Positions 28,001-41,241 of a DNA stretch of 64,000 nucleotides are shown one piece after another. Location: contig OZ024744.1 of assembly GCA_964016885.1 (NCBI GenBank), positions 96,100,001-96,164,000 of the forward strand, read 5' to 3'. Made by a program: the position numbers and the translations under genes. Numbering within the stretch: position 1 is the stretch's first letter; each line of letters begins with the position of its first letter. The notes beneath the pieces were generated by a model. The model ran no database searches, had not been told where the DNA came from, and was given only the letters and a program-made list of their open reading frames with translations. The DNA comes from Eledone cirrhosa (lineage: Eukaryota).

Positions 28001-31000
28001 GAGGTGGGGTGTTATAGTGGTGTTGTGAGGTGGGGTGTTATAATGGTGTTGTGAGGTGGGTGTTATAATGGCGTTGTGGGGTGATGTGTTATAATGGTGT
28101 TGTGAGGTGGGGTGTTATAGTGGTGTTGTGAAGTGGGGTGTTATAGTGGTGTTGTGAGCTGGGATGTTATAGTGGTGTTGTGGGGTGATTGTTATAGTGG
28201 TGTTGTGGGGTGATGTGTTATTGTGGTGTTGTGAGGTGGGGTGTTATAGTGGTGTTGTGAGGTGGGGTGTTACAGTGGTGTTGTGAGGTGGGGTGTTATA
28301 GTGGTGTTGTGGGGTGATGTGTTATAGATGTGTTTTGAGGTGGGGTGTTATAATGGTGTTGTGAGGCGGGGTGTTATAGTGGTGTTGTGAGGTGGGGTGT
28401 TATAATGGTGTTGTGAGGTGGGGTGTTATAGTGGTGTTGTGAGGTGGGGTGTTATATTGGTGTTTTGAGGTGGGGTGTTACAGTGGTGTTGTGGGCTGAT
28501 GTGTTATAGTGTTGTTGTGAGGTGGGATGTTATAGTGCTGTTGTGAAGTGGAGTGTTATAATGGTGTTGTGTGGTGGGGTGTTATAATGGTGTTGTGAGG
28601 TGGGGCGTTATAGTGGTGTTGTGAGGTGGGATGTTATACTGGTGTTGTGAGTTGGGATGTTATAGTGTTGTTGTGTGGTGGGGTGTTATAGTGTTGTTGT
28701 GAGGTGGGGTGTTATAGTGGTGTTGTGATGTGGGGTGTTATAATGGTGTTGTGAGGTGGGGTGTTATAGTGGTGTTGTGAGGTGGGTGTTATAGTGGTGT
28801 TGTGAGGTGGGGTGTTATAGTGGTGTCGTGAGGTGGGGTGTTATAGTGGTGTTTTGAGGTGGGTTGTTATAATGGTGTTGTGAGGCGGGGTGTTATAGTG
28901 GTGTTGTGAGGTGGGATGTTATAGTGGTGTTGTGAGGTGGTGTGTTATAGTGGTGTTGTGAGGTGGGATGTTATAATGGTGTTGTGAGGTGGGGTGTTAT
29001 AGTGGTGTTGTGAGATTGGTGTTATAGTGATGTTGAGAGGTGGGGTGTTATAGTGGTGTTGTGAGGTGGGGTGTTATAGTGGTGTTGTGAGGTGGTGTGT
29101 TATAGTGGTGTTGTTGTGAGGTGGGGTGTTATAGTGGTGTTGTGAGGTGGGGTGTTATAGTGGTGTTGTGAGGTGGCGTGTTATAGTGGTGTTGTGAGGT
29201 GGGGTGTTATAGTGGTGTTGTGAGGGGGGATGTTATAGTGGTGTTGTGAGGTGGGGTGTTATAGGGGTGTTGTGAGGTGGGGTGTTATAGTGGTGTTGTG
29301 AGGTAGGGTGTTGTAGTGGTGTTGTGAGGTGGGGTGTTATAGTGGTGTTGTGAGGTGGGGTGTTATAATGGTGTTGTGAGGTGGGTGTTATAATGGCGTT
29401 GTGGGGTGATGTGTTATAATGGTGTTGTGAGGTGGGGTGTTATAGTGGTGTTGTGAAGTGGGGTGTTATAGTGGTGTTGTGAGCTGGGATGTTATAGTGG
29501 TGTTGTGGGGTGATTGTTATAGTGGTGTTGTGGGGTGATGTGTTATTGTGGTGTTGTGAGGTGGGGTGTTATAGTGGTGTTGTGAGGTGGGGTGTTACAG
29601 TGGTGTTGTGAGGTGGGGTGTTATAGTGGTGTTGTGGGGTGATGTGTTATAGATGTGTTTTGAGGTGGGGTGTTATAATGGTGTTGTGAGGCGGGGTGTT
29701 ATAGTGGTGTTGTGAGGTGGGGTGTTATAATGGTGTTGTGAGGTGGGGTGTTATAGTGGTGTTGTGAGGTGGGGTGTTATATTGGTGTTTTGAGGTGGGG
29801 TGTTACAGTGGTGTTGTGGGCTGATGTGTTATAGTGTTGTTGTGAGGTGGGATGTTATAATGGTGTTGTGAGGCGGGGTGTTATAGTGGTGTTGTGAGGT
29901 GGGATGTTATAGTGGTGTTGTGAAGTGGTGTGTTATAGTGGTGTTGTGAGGTGGGATGTTATAATGGTGTTGTGAGGTGGGGTGTTATAGTGGTGTTGTG
30001 AGGTAGGTGTTATAGTGATGTTGAGAGGTGGGGTGTTATAGTGGTGTTGTGAGGTGGGCTGTTATAGTTGTGTTGTGAGGTGGGGTGTTATAGTGATTTG
30101 TGGGGTGGGGTGTTATAGTGGTGTTGTGAGGTGGGGTGTTATAGTGGTGTTGTGAGGTGGGGTGTTATAATGGTGTTGTGAGGTGGGGTGTTATAGTGGT
30201 GTTGTGAGGTGGTGTGTTATAGTGGTGTTGTTGTGAGGTGGGGTGTTATAGTGGTGTTGTGAGGTGGGGTGTTATAGTGGTGTTGTGAGGTGGCGTGTTA
30301 TAGTGGTGTTGTGAGGTGGGGTGTTATAGTGGTGTTGTGAGGGGGGATGTTATAGTGGTGTTGTGAGGTGGGGTGTTATAGGGGTGTTGTGAGGTGGGGT
30401 GTTATAGTGGTGTTGTGAGGTAGGGTGTTTTAGTGGTGTTGTGAGGTGGGGTGTTATAGTGGTGTTGTGAGGTGGGGTGTTATAATGGTGTTGTGAGGTG
30501 GGTGTTATAATGGCGTTGTGGGGTGATGTGTTATAATGGTGTTGTGAGGTGGGGTGTTATAGTGGTGTTGTGAAGTGGGGTGTTATAGTGGTGTTGTGAG
30601 CTGGGATGTTATAGTGGTGTTGTGGGGTGATTGTTATAGTGGTGTTGTGGGGTGATGTGTTATTGTGGTGTTGTGAGGTGGGGTGTTATAGTGGTGTTGT
30701 GAGGTGGGGTGTTACAGTGGTGTTGTGAGGTGGGGTGTTATAGTGGTGTTGTGGGGTGATGTGTTATAGATGTGTTTTGAGGTGGGGTGTTATAATGGTG
30801 TTGTGAGGCGGGGTGTTATAGTGGTGTTGTGAGGTGGGGTGTTATAATGGTGTTGTGAGGTGGGGTGTTATAGTGGTGTTGTGAGGTGGGGTGTTATATT
30901 GGTGTTTTGAGGTGGGGTGTTACAGTGGTGTTGTGGGCTGATGTGTTATAGTGTTGTTGTGAGGTGGGATGTTATAGTGCTGTTGTGAAGTGGAGTGTTA

Positions 31001-31711
31001 TAATGGTGTTGTGTGGTGGGGTGTTATAATGGTGTTGTGAGGTGGGGCGTTATAGTGGTGTTGTGAGGTGGGATGTTATACTGGTGTTGTGAGTTGGGAT
31101 GTTATAGTGTTGTTGTGTGGTGGGGTGTTATAGTGTTGTTGTGAGGTGGGGTGTTATAGTGGTGTTGTGATGTGGGGTGTTATAATGGTGTTGTGAGGTG
31201 GGGTGTTATAGTGGTGTTGTGAGGTGGGTGTTATAGTGGTGTTGTGAGGTGGGGTGTTATAGTGGTGTCGTGAGGTGGGGTGTTATAGTGGTGTTTTGAG
31301 GTGGGTTGTTATAATGGTGTTGTGAGGCGGGGTGTTATAGTGGTGTTGTGAGGTGGGATGTTATAGTGGTGTTGTGAGGTGGTGTGTTATAGTGGTGTTG
31401 TGAGGTGGGATGTTATAATGGTGTTGTGAGGTGGGGTGTTATAGTGGTGTTGTGAGATTGGTGTTATAGTGATGTTGAGAGGTGGGGTGTTATAGTGGTG
31501 TTGTGAGGTGGGGTGTTATAGTGGTGTTGTTGGGTGGGGTGTTATAGTGGGGTTGTGGGGTGATGTGTTATAGTGGTGTTGTGAGGTGGGATGTTATACT
31601 GGTGCTGTGAGATGGGATGTTATAGTGTTTTTGTAAGGTGGGATGTTATAGTGGTGTTGTGAGGTGGGTGTTATAGTGGTGTTGTGAGGTGGGGTGTTAT
31701 AGTGGTGTTGT
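7001..31711 (+). repeat. 26-bp satellite block 2 (24.7 kb) with ~3.67-kb higher-order repeat
   Basis: Diagnostic variant gtggagagtt at 8591, 12264, 15938, 23264; agatgtgttt at 11991, 15665, 19333, 21956, 22991, 26483, 28326, 29651, 30768. Confidence 0.95.
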
Positions 31712-32807
31712 TCAATAGTCAAACACTTCAGCTAATACACCACTCACCACTGGACAGGTATACAGGTATTTCATATTTATTGACTGACTCCGAAAGGTTT
31801 GAAAGGTAAAATTTAACTTCGGAAGGATTTGAAATCAGAGAGCGCAGAAAGACCAAAAGAAATACCACAAGGCATTCTTCAATACCACGCTCCAACAATT
31901 TTCTAATTCACCAGTATTACCCTTAGGCGTCAGAATTAACCCAGGCAATATTGTAACCCGCTAAAAAACACTCTTTTAACAAACTTTAAACCCCTAAAAA
32001 ACAACCTTTTAACAAACTTTTAACCTCTAAAAAAGTCTTTTAACAAACTTATAAACCCTAAAAAATCTTTTAACAAACTGTTAACACATAAAAAAATCTT
32101 GTAACAAACTGTTAACCCATAAAAAATCTTTTAACAAACTAAAAAAAACAAAAAAACAAAACAAAACAAACAAAAGATCTCTCCCAAAACAACACAAAAA
32201 AAAAATCAAACAAAAGAAACAAGCCAAGACAAAAGAAAAAGGTAAAGAAATCCCGGGATGGTTATTACTTGGACGCTTTTGATCATAAGTCTTCTCGTCC
32301 ATAGGCGACCTGGGGCTAAACAATAATAACATTGACATGATTAATATCAGAGAGCCTTGCCATTGATCCCATTTCTATTGATGATCAACTTGTGTCAAAC
32401 AAAGAGTGTTTATCAAACCATCGACCTGGATACCTTCGTTTATGGACTTAATATTATGCGGGGACGGTGGTTTGGCAGAGTCGGTAGAACGTCGGACAAC
32501 ATGCTTTGTGGCATAGAGTTACCTCCCTTTATGTTCGGAGTTCAAATCCCACCGAGGTTAACTTTACCTTTCATCCTTACGGGGGTGGATAAAATAAAGT
32601 ACCAGTAATGCACTGGTGTCATTTAATCGACTTTCCCCTCTCCCCTTTAAATTGTTGGCCTTGTGTCTATAGTGGAAACAATTATAATGTAGGGACGGTG
32701 GTTTGGCAGAATCGGTAGAGCGTCGGACACCCTCCTTCGCGGCATAGAGTTACGTCCCTTTACATTCTGAGTTCAAATCCCGCGTAGGTTAGCTTTATCT
32801 TTCAACC
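31712..32807. repeat. Cassette copy 2
   Basis: Same junctions and content as 5847-7000. Confidence 0.95.
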
Positions 32808-35586
32808 TTGTGAGGTGGGGTGTTATAGTGGTGTTGTGGGGTGGGATGTTATAGTGGTGTTGTGAGGTGGGGTGTTATAGTGGTGTTGTGAGGTGGGGTG
32901 TTATAATGGTGTTGTGAGGTGGGGTGTTATAGTGGTGTTGTGAGGTGGGGTGTTATAGTGGTGTTTTGAGGTGGGATGTTATAGTGGTGTTGTGAGGCGG
33001 GATGTTATAGTGGTGTTGTGAGGTGGGGTGTTATAGTGGTGTTGTGAGGTGGGGTGTTATAGTGGTGTTGTGAGGTGGGGTGTTATAGTGGTGTTGTGAG
33101 GTGGGGTGTTATACTGGTGTTGTGAGGTGGGTGTTATAGTGGTGTTGTGAGGTGGGGTGTTATAGTGGTGTTGTGAGGTGGGGTGTTATAGTGGTGTTGT
33201 GACGTGGGGTGTTATAGTGGTGTTGTGAGGTGGGGTGTTATACTGGTGTTGTGAGGCGGGTGTTATAGTGGTGTTGTGAGGTGGGGTGTTATAGTGGTGT
33301 TGTGAGGTGGGGTGTTATAGTGGTGTTGTGAGGCGGGATGTTATAGTGGTGTTGTGAGGTGGGGTATTATAGTGGTGTTGTGAGGTGGGGTGTTATAGTG
33401 GTGTTGTGAGGTGGGGTGTTACAGTGGTGTTGTGAGGTGGGGTGTTATAGTGGTGTTGTGAGGTGGGGTGTTATAGTGGTGTTGTGAGGCGGGATGTTAT
33501 AGTGGTGTCGTGAGGTGGGGTGTTATAGTGGTGTTGTGAGGTGGGGTGTTATAGTGGTGTTGTGAGGTGGGGTGTTATAATGGTGTTGTGAGGTGGGGTG
33601 TTATAGTGGTGTTGTGAGGTGGGGTCTTATAGTGGTGTTGTGGGGTGGTGTGTTATAGTGGTGTTGTGAGGTGGGGTATTATAGTGGTGTTGTGAGGTTG
33701 GGTGTTATAGTGGTGTTCTGAGGTGGGGTGTTATAGTGGTGTTGTGAGGTGGGATGTTATAGTGTTGTTGTGAGGTGGGGTGTTATAGTGGTGTTGTGAG
33801 GTGGGGTGTTATAATGGTGTTGTGAGGTGGGGTGTTATAGTGGTGTTGTGAGGTGGGGTGTTATAGTGGTGTTGTGAGGTGGGGTGTTATAGTGGTGTTG
33901 TGAGGTGGGGTGTTATAATGGTGTTGTGAGGTGGGGTGTGATAGTGGTGTTGTGAGATGGGCTGTTATAGTGGTGTTGTGGGGTGGTGTGTTATAGTGGT
34001 GTTGTGAGGTGGGGTGTTATAGTGGTGTTGTGGGGTGGGGTGTTATAGTGGTGTTGTGATGTGGGGTATTATAGTGGTGTTGTGAGGTTGGGTGTTATAG
34101 TGGTGTTGTGAGGTGGGGTGTTATAGTGGTGTTGTGAGGTGGGATGTTATAGTGTTGTTGTGAGGTGGGGTGTTATAGTGGTGTTGTTAGGTGCGGTGTT
34201 ATAGTGGTGTTGTGGGGTGGTGTGTTATAGTGGTGTTGTGAGGTGGGGTGTTATAGTGGTGTTGTGGGGTGGGGTGTTATAGTGGGGTTGTGAGGTGGGG
34301 TATTATAGTGGTGTTGTGAGGTGGAGTGTTATAGTGGTGTTGTGAGGTAGGGTGTTATAGTGGAGTTGTGATGTGGGGTGTTATAGTGGTGTTGTGAGGT
34401 GGGGTGTTATAGTGGGGTTGTGAGGTGGGTGTTATAGTGGTGTTGTCAGTTGGGATGTTATAGTGGTGTTGTGAGGTGGGTGTTATAGTGGTGTTGTGAG
34501 TTGGGGTGTTATAGTGGTGTTGTGAGGTGGGGTGTTATAGTGGTGTTGTGAGGTGGGGTGTTATAGTAATGTTGTGAGGTGGGGTGTTATAGTGGTGTTG
34601 TGAGGTGGGGTATTATAGTAGTGTTGTGAGGTGGGGTGTTATAGTGGTGTTGTGAGGTGTGGTGTTATAGTGGTGTTGTGAGGTGGGGTGTTATAGTGGT
34701 GTTGTGAGGTGGGGTGTTATAGTGGTGTTGTGGGGTGATGTGTTATAGTGGTGTTGTGAGGTGGGATGTTATACTGGTGTTGTGAGGTGGGGTGTTATAG
34801 TGGTGTTATGAGGTGGGTTGTTATAGTGGGGTTGTGAGGTGGGGTATTATAATGGTGTTGTGAGGTGGAGTGTTATAGTGGTGTTGTGAGGTAGGGTGTT
34901 ATAGTGGTGTTGTGATCTGGGGTGTTATAGTGGTGTTGTGAGGTGTGGTGTTATAGTGGGGTTGTGAGGTGGGTGTCATAGTGGTGTTGTGAGTTGGGAT
35001 GTTATAGTGGTGTTGTGAGGTGGGTGTTATAGTGGTGTTGTGAGTTGGGGTGTTATAGTGGTGTTGTGAGGTGGGGTGTTATAGTAGTGTTGTGAGGTGG
35101 GGTGTTATAGTGGTGTTGTGAGGTGGGGTGTTATAGTGGTGTTGTGAGGTGGGGTGTTATAGTGGTGTTGTGAGGTGGGGTGTTATAATGGTGTTGTGAG
35201 GTGGGGTGTTATAGTGGTGTTGTGAGGTGGGGTGTTATAGTAATGTTGTGAGGTGGGGTGTTATAGTGGTGTTGTGAGGTGGGGTGTTATAGTAGTGTTG
35301 TGAGGTGGGGTGTTATAGTGGTGTTGTGAGGTGGGGTGTTATAGTGGTGTTGTGAGGTGGGGTGTTATAGTGGTGTTGTGAGGTGGGGTGTTATAGTGGT
35401 GTTGTGGGGTGATGTGTCATAGTGGTGTTGTCAGGTGGGATGTTATACTGGTGTTGTGATGTGGGGTGTTATAGTGGTGTTATGAGGTGGGGTGTTATAG
35501 TGGTGTTGTGAGGTGGGGTGTTATAGTGGTGTTGTGAGGTGGGTGTTATAGTGGTGTTGTGAGGTGGGGTGTTATAGTGTTGTTGT
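32808..35586 (+). repeat. 26-bp satellite block 3
   Basis: Same monomer. Confidence 0.95.
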
Positions 35587-36681
35587 TCAATAGTCAAACA
35601 CTTCAGCTAATACACCACTCACCACTGGACAGGTATACAGGTATTTCATATTTATTGACTGACTCCGAAAGGTTTGAAAGGTAAAATTTAACTTCGGAAG
35701 AATTTGAAATCAGAGAGCGCAGAAAGACCAAAAGAAATACCACAAGGAATTCTTCAATACCACGCTCCAACAACTTTTCTAATTCACCAGTATTACCCTG
35801 AGGCGTCAGAATTACCCCAGGCAATATTTTAAACCCCTAAAAAACACTCTTTTAACAAACTTTAAACCCCTAAAAAACAATCTTTTAACAAACTTTTAAC
35901 CCCTAAAAAAGTCTTTTAACAAACTTATAACCCCTAAAAAATCTTTTAACAAATTTTTAACCCGTAAAAAAATCTTGTAACAAACTGTTAACCCATAAAA
36001 AATCTTTTAACAAACTAAAAAAAACAAAAACACAAAACAAAACAAACAAAAGATCTCTCCCAAAACTACACACAAAAAATCAAACAAAAGAAACAAACCA
36101 AAACAAAAGAAAACGGTAAAGAATACCCGGGATGGTTATAACTTGGACACTTTTAATCATAAGTCTTCTCGTCCATAGGCGACCTGGGGCTAAACAATAA
36201 TAACATTGACATGATTAATATCAGAGAGCCTTGCCATTGATCCCATTTCTATTGATGATCAACTTGTGTCAATCAAAGAGTGTTTATCAAACCATCGACC
36301 TGGATACCTTCGTTTATGGACTTAATATTATGCGGGGACGGTGGATTGGCAGAGTCGGTAGAACGTCGGACAACATGCTTTGTGGCATAGAGTTACCTCC
36401 CTTTATGTTCTGAGTTCAAATCCCACCGAGGTGAACTTTACCTTTCATCCTTACGGGGGTCGATAAAATAAAGTACCAGTAATGCACTGGTGTCATTTAA
36501 TCGACTTTCCCCTCTCCCCTTCAAATTGTTGGCCTTGTGTCTATAGTGGAAACAATTATAATGTAGGGACGGTGGTTTGGCAGAATCGGTAGAGCGTCGG
36601 ACACCCTCCTTCGCGGCATAGAGTTACGTCCCTTTACATTCTGAGTTCAAATCCTGCGTAGGTTAGCTTTATCTTTCAACC
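35587..36681. repeat. Cassette copy 3
   Basis: Same junctions and content. Confidence 0.95.
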
Positions 36682-37757
36682 TTGTGAGGTGGGGTGTTAT
36701 AATGGTGTTGTATGGTGGGTTGTTATAGTGGTGTTGTGAGGTGGGGTGTTATAATGGTTTTGTGAGGTGGGTGTTATAGTGTTATAATGGTGTTGTGAGT
36801 TGGGGTGTTATAGTGGTGTTGTGAGGTGGGGTGTTATAGTGGTGTTGTGAGGTGGCGTGTTATAGTGCTGTTGTGAGGTGGGGTGTTATAATGGTGTTGT
36901 GAGGTGGAGTGTTATAATGGTGTTTTGAGGTGGGGTGTTATAATGGTGTTGTGAGGTGGGGTGTTATAGTGGTGTTGTGAGGTGGGGTGTTATAGTGGTG
37001 TTGTTAGGTGGGGTGTTATAGTGGTGTTGTGAGGTGGGGTGTTATAGTGGTGTTGTGAGGTGGAGTGTTATAGTGATGTTGTGAGGGGGGGATGTTATAC
37101 TGGTGTTGTGAGGTGGGGTGTTATAGTGGTGTTGTGAGGTGGGGTGTTATAATGGTGTTGTGAGGTGGAGTGTTATAGTGGTGTTGTGAGGTGGGGTGTT
37201 ATAGTGGTGTTGTGAGGTGTGGTGTTATAGTGGTGTTGTGAGGTGTGGTGTTATAGTGGTGTTGTGAGGGGGGATGTTATAGTGGTGTCGTGAGGTGGGG
37301 TGTTATAATGGTGTTGTGAGGTGGGTGTTATAGTGGTGTTGTGAGGTGGGGTGTTATAGTGGTGTTTTTAGGTGGGATGTTATACTTTTGTTGTGAGGTG
37401 GGGTGTTATAGTGTTGTTGTGAGGTGGTGTGTTATAGTGGTGTTGTGAGGTGGGGTGTTATAGTGGTGTTGTGAGGTGGGTTGTTATAGTGGTGTTGTGG
37501 GGTGATGTGTTATAGGGGTGTTGTGAGGTGGGATGTTATACTGGTGTTGTGAGGTGGGATGTTATAGTGGTGTTGTGAGGTGGGGTGTTATAGTGGTGTT
37601 GTGATGTTGGGTGTTATAGTGGTGTTGTGGAGTGATGTGTTATAGTGGTGTTGTGAGGTGGGATGTTATAGTGGTGTTGTGAGGTGGGGTGTTATAGTGG
37701 TGTTGTGAGGTGGGTGTTATAGTGGTGTTGTGAGGTGGGGTGTTATAGTGGTGTTGT
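36682..37757 (+). repeat. 26-bp satellite block 4
   Basis: Same monomer. Confidence 0.95.
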
Positions 37758-38774
37758 TCAATAGTCAAACACTTCAGCTAATACACCACTCACCACTGGA
37801 CAGGTATACAGGTATTTCATACTTATTGACTGACTGCGAAAGGTTTGAAAGGTAAAATTTAACTTCGGAAGGATTTGAAATCAGAGAGCGCAGAAAGACC
37901 AAAAGAAATACCACAAGGCATTCTTCAATACCACGCTCCAACAACTTTTCTTATTCACCAGTATTACTCTTAGGTATCAGAATTAACCCAGGCAATACTT
38001 TAACCCCTTAAAAAACACTCTTTTAACAAACTTTTAACCCATAAAAAAATCTTGTAACAAACTGTTAACCCATAAAAAATCTTTTAACAAACTTTTAACC
38101 CCTAAAAAAAATCTTTTAACAAACTAAAAAAAACAAAAAAACAAAACAAAACAAACAAAAGATCCCTCCCAAAACAACACAAAAAATAATCAAACAAAAG
38201 AAACAAGCCAAAACAAAAGAAAAAGGTAAAGAAAACCCGGGATGGTTATAACTTGGACGCTTTTGATCATAAGTCTTCTCGTCCATAGGCGACCTGGGGC
38301 TAAACAATAATAACATTGACATGATTAATATCAGAGAGCCTTGCCATTGATCCCATTTCTATTGATGATCAACTTGTGTCAATCAAAGAGTGTTTATCAA
38401 ACCATCGACCTGGATACCTTCGTTTATGGACTTAATATTATGCGGGGACGGTTGAACGTCGAACAACATGCTTTGTGGCATAGAGTTACCTCCCTTTATG
38501 TTCTGAGTTCAAATCCCACCGAGGTTAACTTTACCTTTCATCCTTACGTGGGTCGATAAAATAAAGTACCAGTAATGCACTGGTGTCATTTAATCGACTT
38601 TCCCCTCTCCCCTTCAAATTGTTGGCCTTGTGTCTATAGTGGAAACAATTATAATGTAGGGACGGTGGTTTGGCAGAATCGGTAGAGCGTCGGACACCCT
38701 CCTTTGCGGCATAGAGTTACGTCCCTTTACATTCTGAGTTCAAATCCCGCGTAGGTTAGCTTTAACTTTCAACC
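37758..38774. repeat. Cassette copy 4 (deletion in the SINE A-box region)
   Basis: gcggggacggttgaacgtc here versus gcggggacggtggattggcagagtcggtagaacgtc in other copies. Confidence 0.93.
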
Positions 38775-41241
38775 TTGTGAGGAGGGGTGTTATAGTGGTG
38801 TTGTGAGGTGGGGTGTTATAGTGGTGTTGTGAGGTGGGGTGTTATAGTGGTGTTGTGAGGTGGGGTGTTATCGTGGTGTTGTGAGGTGGGGTGTTATAGT
38901 GGTGTTGTGAGGTGGGGGGTTATAGTGGTGTTGTGAGGTGGGTTGTTATAATGGTGTTGTGAGGTGGGGTGTTATAGTGGTTGTGTTAGGTGGGGTGTTA
39001 TGATGGTGTTGTCAGGTGGGGTGTTATAGTGGTGTTGTGAAGTGGGGTGTTATAATGGTGTTGTGAGGTGGGGTGTTATGGTGGTGTTGCGAGATGGGGT
39101 GTTATAATGGTGTTGTGAGGTGGAGTGTTATAATGGTGTTTTGAGGTGGGGTGTTATAGTGGTGTTGTGAGGTGGGGTGTTATAGTGGTTTGTGAGGTGG
39201 GGTGTTATAGTGGTGTTGTGAGGTGGTGTGTTATAGTGGTGTTGTGAGGTGGGGTGTTATAGTAGTGTTGTGAGGTGGAGTGATATAGTGGTGTTGTGAG
39301 GTGGGGTGTTATAGTGGTGTTGTGAGGTAGGGTGTTATAGTGGTTTGTGAGGTGGGGTGTTATAGTGGTGTTGTTAGGTGGGGTGTTATAGTGGTGTTGT
39401 GAGTTGGGGTGTTATAGTGGTGTTGTGAGGTGGCGTGTTATAGTGCTGTTGTGAGGTGGGGTGTTATAATGGTGTTGTGAGGTGGAGTGTTATAATGGTG
39501 TTTTGAGGTGGGGTGTTATAATGGTGTTGTGAGGTGGGGTGTTATAGTGGTGTTGTGAGGTAGGGTGTTATAGTGGTGTTGTTAGGTGGGGTGTTATAGT
39601 GGTGTTGTGAGGTGGGGTGTTATAGTGGTTTGTGAGGTGGGGTGTTATAGTGGTGTTGTTAGGTGGGGTGTTATAGTGGTGTTGTGAGGGGGGATGTTAT
39701 AGTGGTGTTGTGAGGTGGGATGTTATAGTGGTGTTGTGAGGTGGGGTGTTATAGTGGTGTTGTGAGGTGGGGTGTTATAGTGGTGTTGTGAGGTGGTGTG
39801 TTATAGTGGTGTTGTGAGGTGGTGTGTTATAGTGGTGTTGTGAGGTGGGGTGTTATAGTGGTGTTGTGAGGGGGGGATGTTATAGTGGTGTTGTGAGGCG
39901 GGGTTTTATAGTGGTGTAGTGAGGTGGGGTGTTATAATGGTGTTGTGAGGTGGAGTGTTATAGTGGTGTTGTGAGGTAGGGTGTTATAATGGTGTTGTGA
40001 TGTGGGTGTTATAATGGTGTTGTGAGGTAGGGTGTTATAGTGGTGTTGTGAGATGGTGTATTATAGTGGTGTTGTGAGGTGGGGTGTTATAATGGTGTTG
40101 TGAGGGGGGTGTTATAATGGTGTTGTGGGGTGATGCGTTATAATGGTGTTGTGAGGTGGGGTCGTTATAGTGGTGTTGTGAAGTGGGGTGTTATAGTGGT
40201 GTTGTGAGGTGGGGTGTTATAATGGTGTTGTGAGGTGGGGTGTTACAGTGGTGTTGTGAGGTGGGGTGTTATAGTGGTGTTGTGAGGTGGGGTGTTATAA
40301 TGGTGTTGTGAGGTGGGGTGTTATAGTGGTGTTGTGAGGTGGGGTGTTATAGTGGTGTTGTGAGGTGAGGTGTTATAGTGGTGTTGTGAGGTGGAGTGTT
40401 ATAATGGTGTTGTGTGGTGGGGTGTTATAGTGTTGTTGTGAGGTGGGGTGTTATAGTGGTGTTGTGAGGTGGAGTGTTATAATGGTGTTGTGAGGTGGGG
40501 TGTTATAGTGGTGTTGTGAGGTGGGTGTTATAGTGGTGTTGTGAGGTGGGGTGTTATAGTGGTGTTTTGAGGTGGGGTGTTATAATGGTGTTGTGAGGTG
40601 GGTGTTATAGTGGTGTTGTGAGGTGAGGTGTTATAGTGGTGTTGTGAGGTGGGGTGTTATAGTGTTGTTGTGTGGTGGGGTGTTATAGTGTTGTTGTGAG
40701 GTGGGTTTTATAGTGGTGTTGTGAGGTGGGGTGTTATAGTGGTGTTTCGAGGTGGGGTGTTATAATGGTGTTGTTTAGGCGAGGTGTTATAGTGGTGTTG
40801 TGAGGTGGGATGTTATAGTGGTGTTGTGAGGTGGGGTGTTATAGTGGTGTTGTGAGGTGGGATGTTATAATGGTGATGTGAGGTGGGGTGTTATAGTGGT
40901 GTTGTGAGGTAGGTGTTATAGTGATGTTGTGAGGTGGGGTGTTATAGTGGTGTTGTGAGGTGGGGTGTTATAGTGGTGTTGTGAGGTGGGGTGTTATAGT
41001 GGTGTTGTGAGGTGGGGTGTTATAGTGGTGTTGTGAGGTGGGGTGTTATAGTGGTGTTGTGGTGTGATGTGTTATAGTGGTGTTGTTAGGTGGGATGTTA
41101 TACTGGTGTTGTGAGATGGGATGTTATAGTGTTTTTGTAAGGTGGGGTGTTATAGTGGTGTTGTGAGGTGGGGTGTTATAGTGGTGTTGTGAGGTGGGTG
41201 TTATAGTGGTGTTGTGAGGTGGGGTGTTATAGTGGTGTTGT
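38775..41241 (+). repeat. 26-bp satellite block 5
   Basis: Same monomer. Confidence 0.95.

Noticed and set aside
2258-41241. 26-bp repeat as a CRISPR array or telomeric repeat
   Set aside because: No unique spacers, no cas genes, eukaryotic context, and not TTAGGG.
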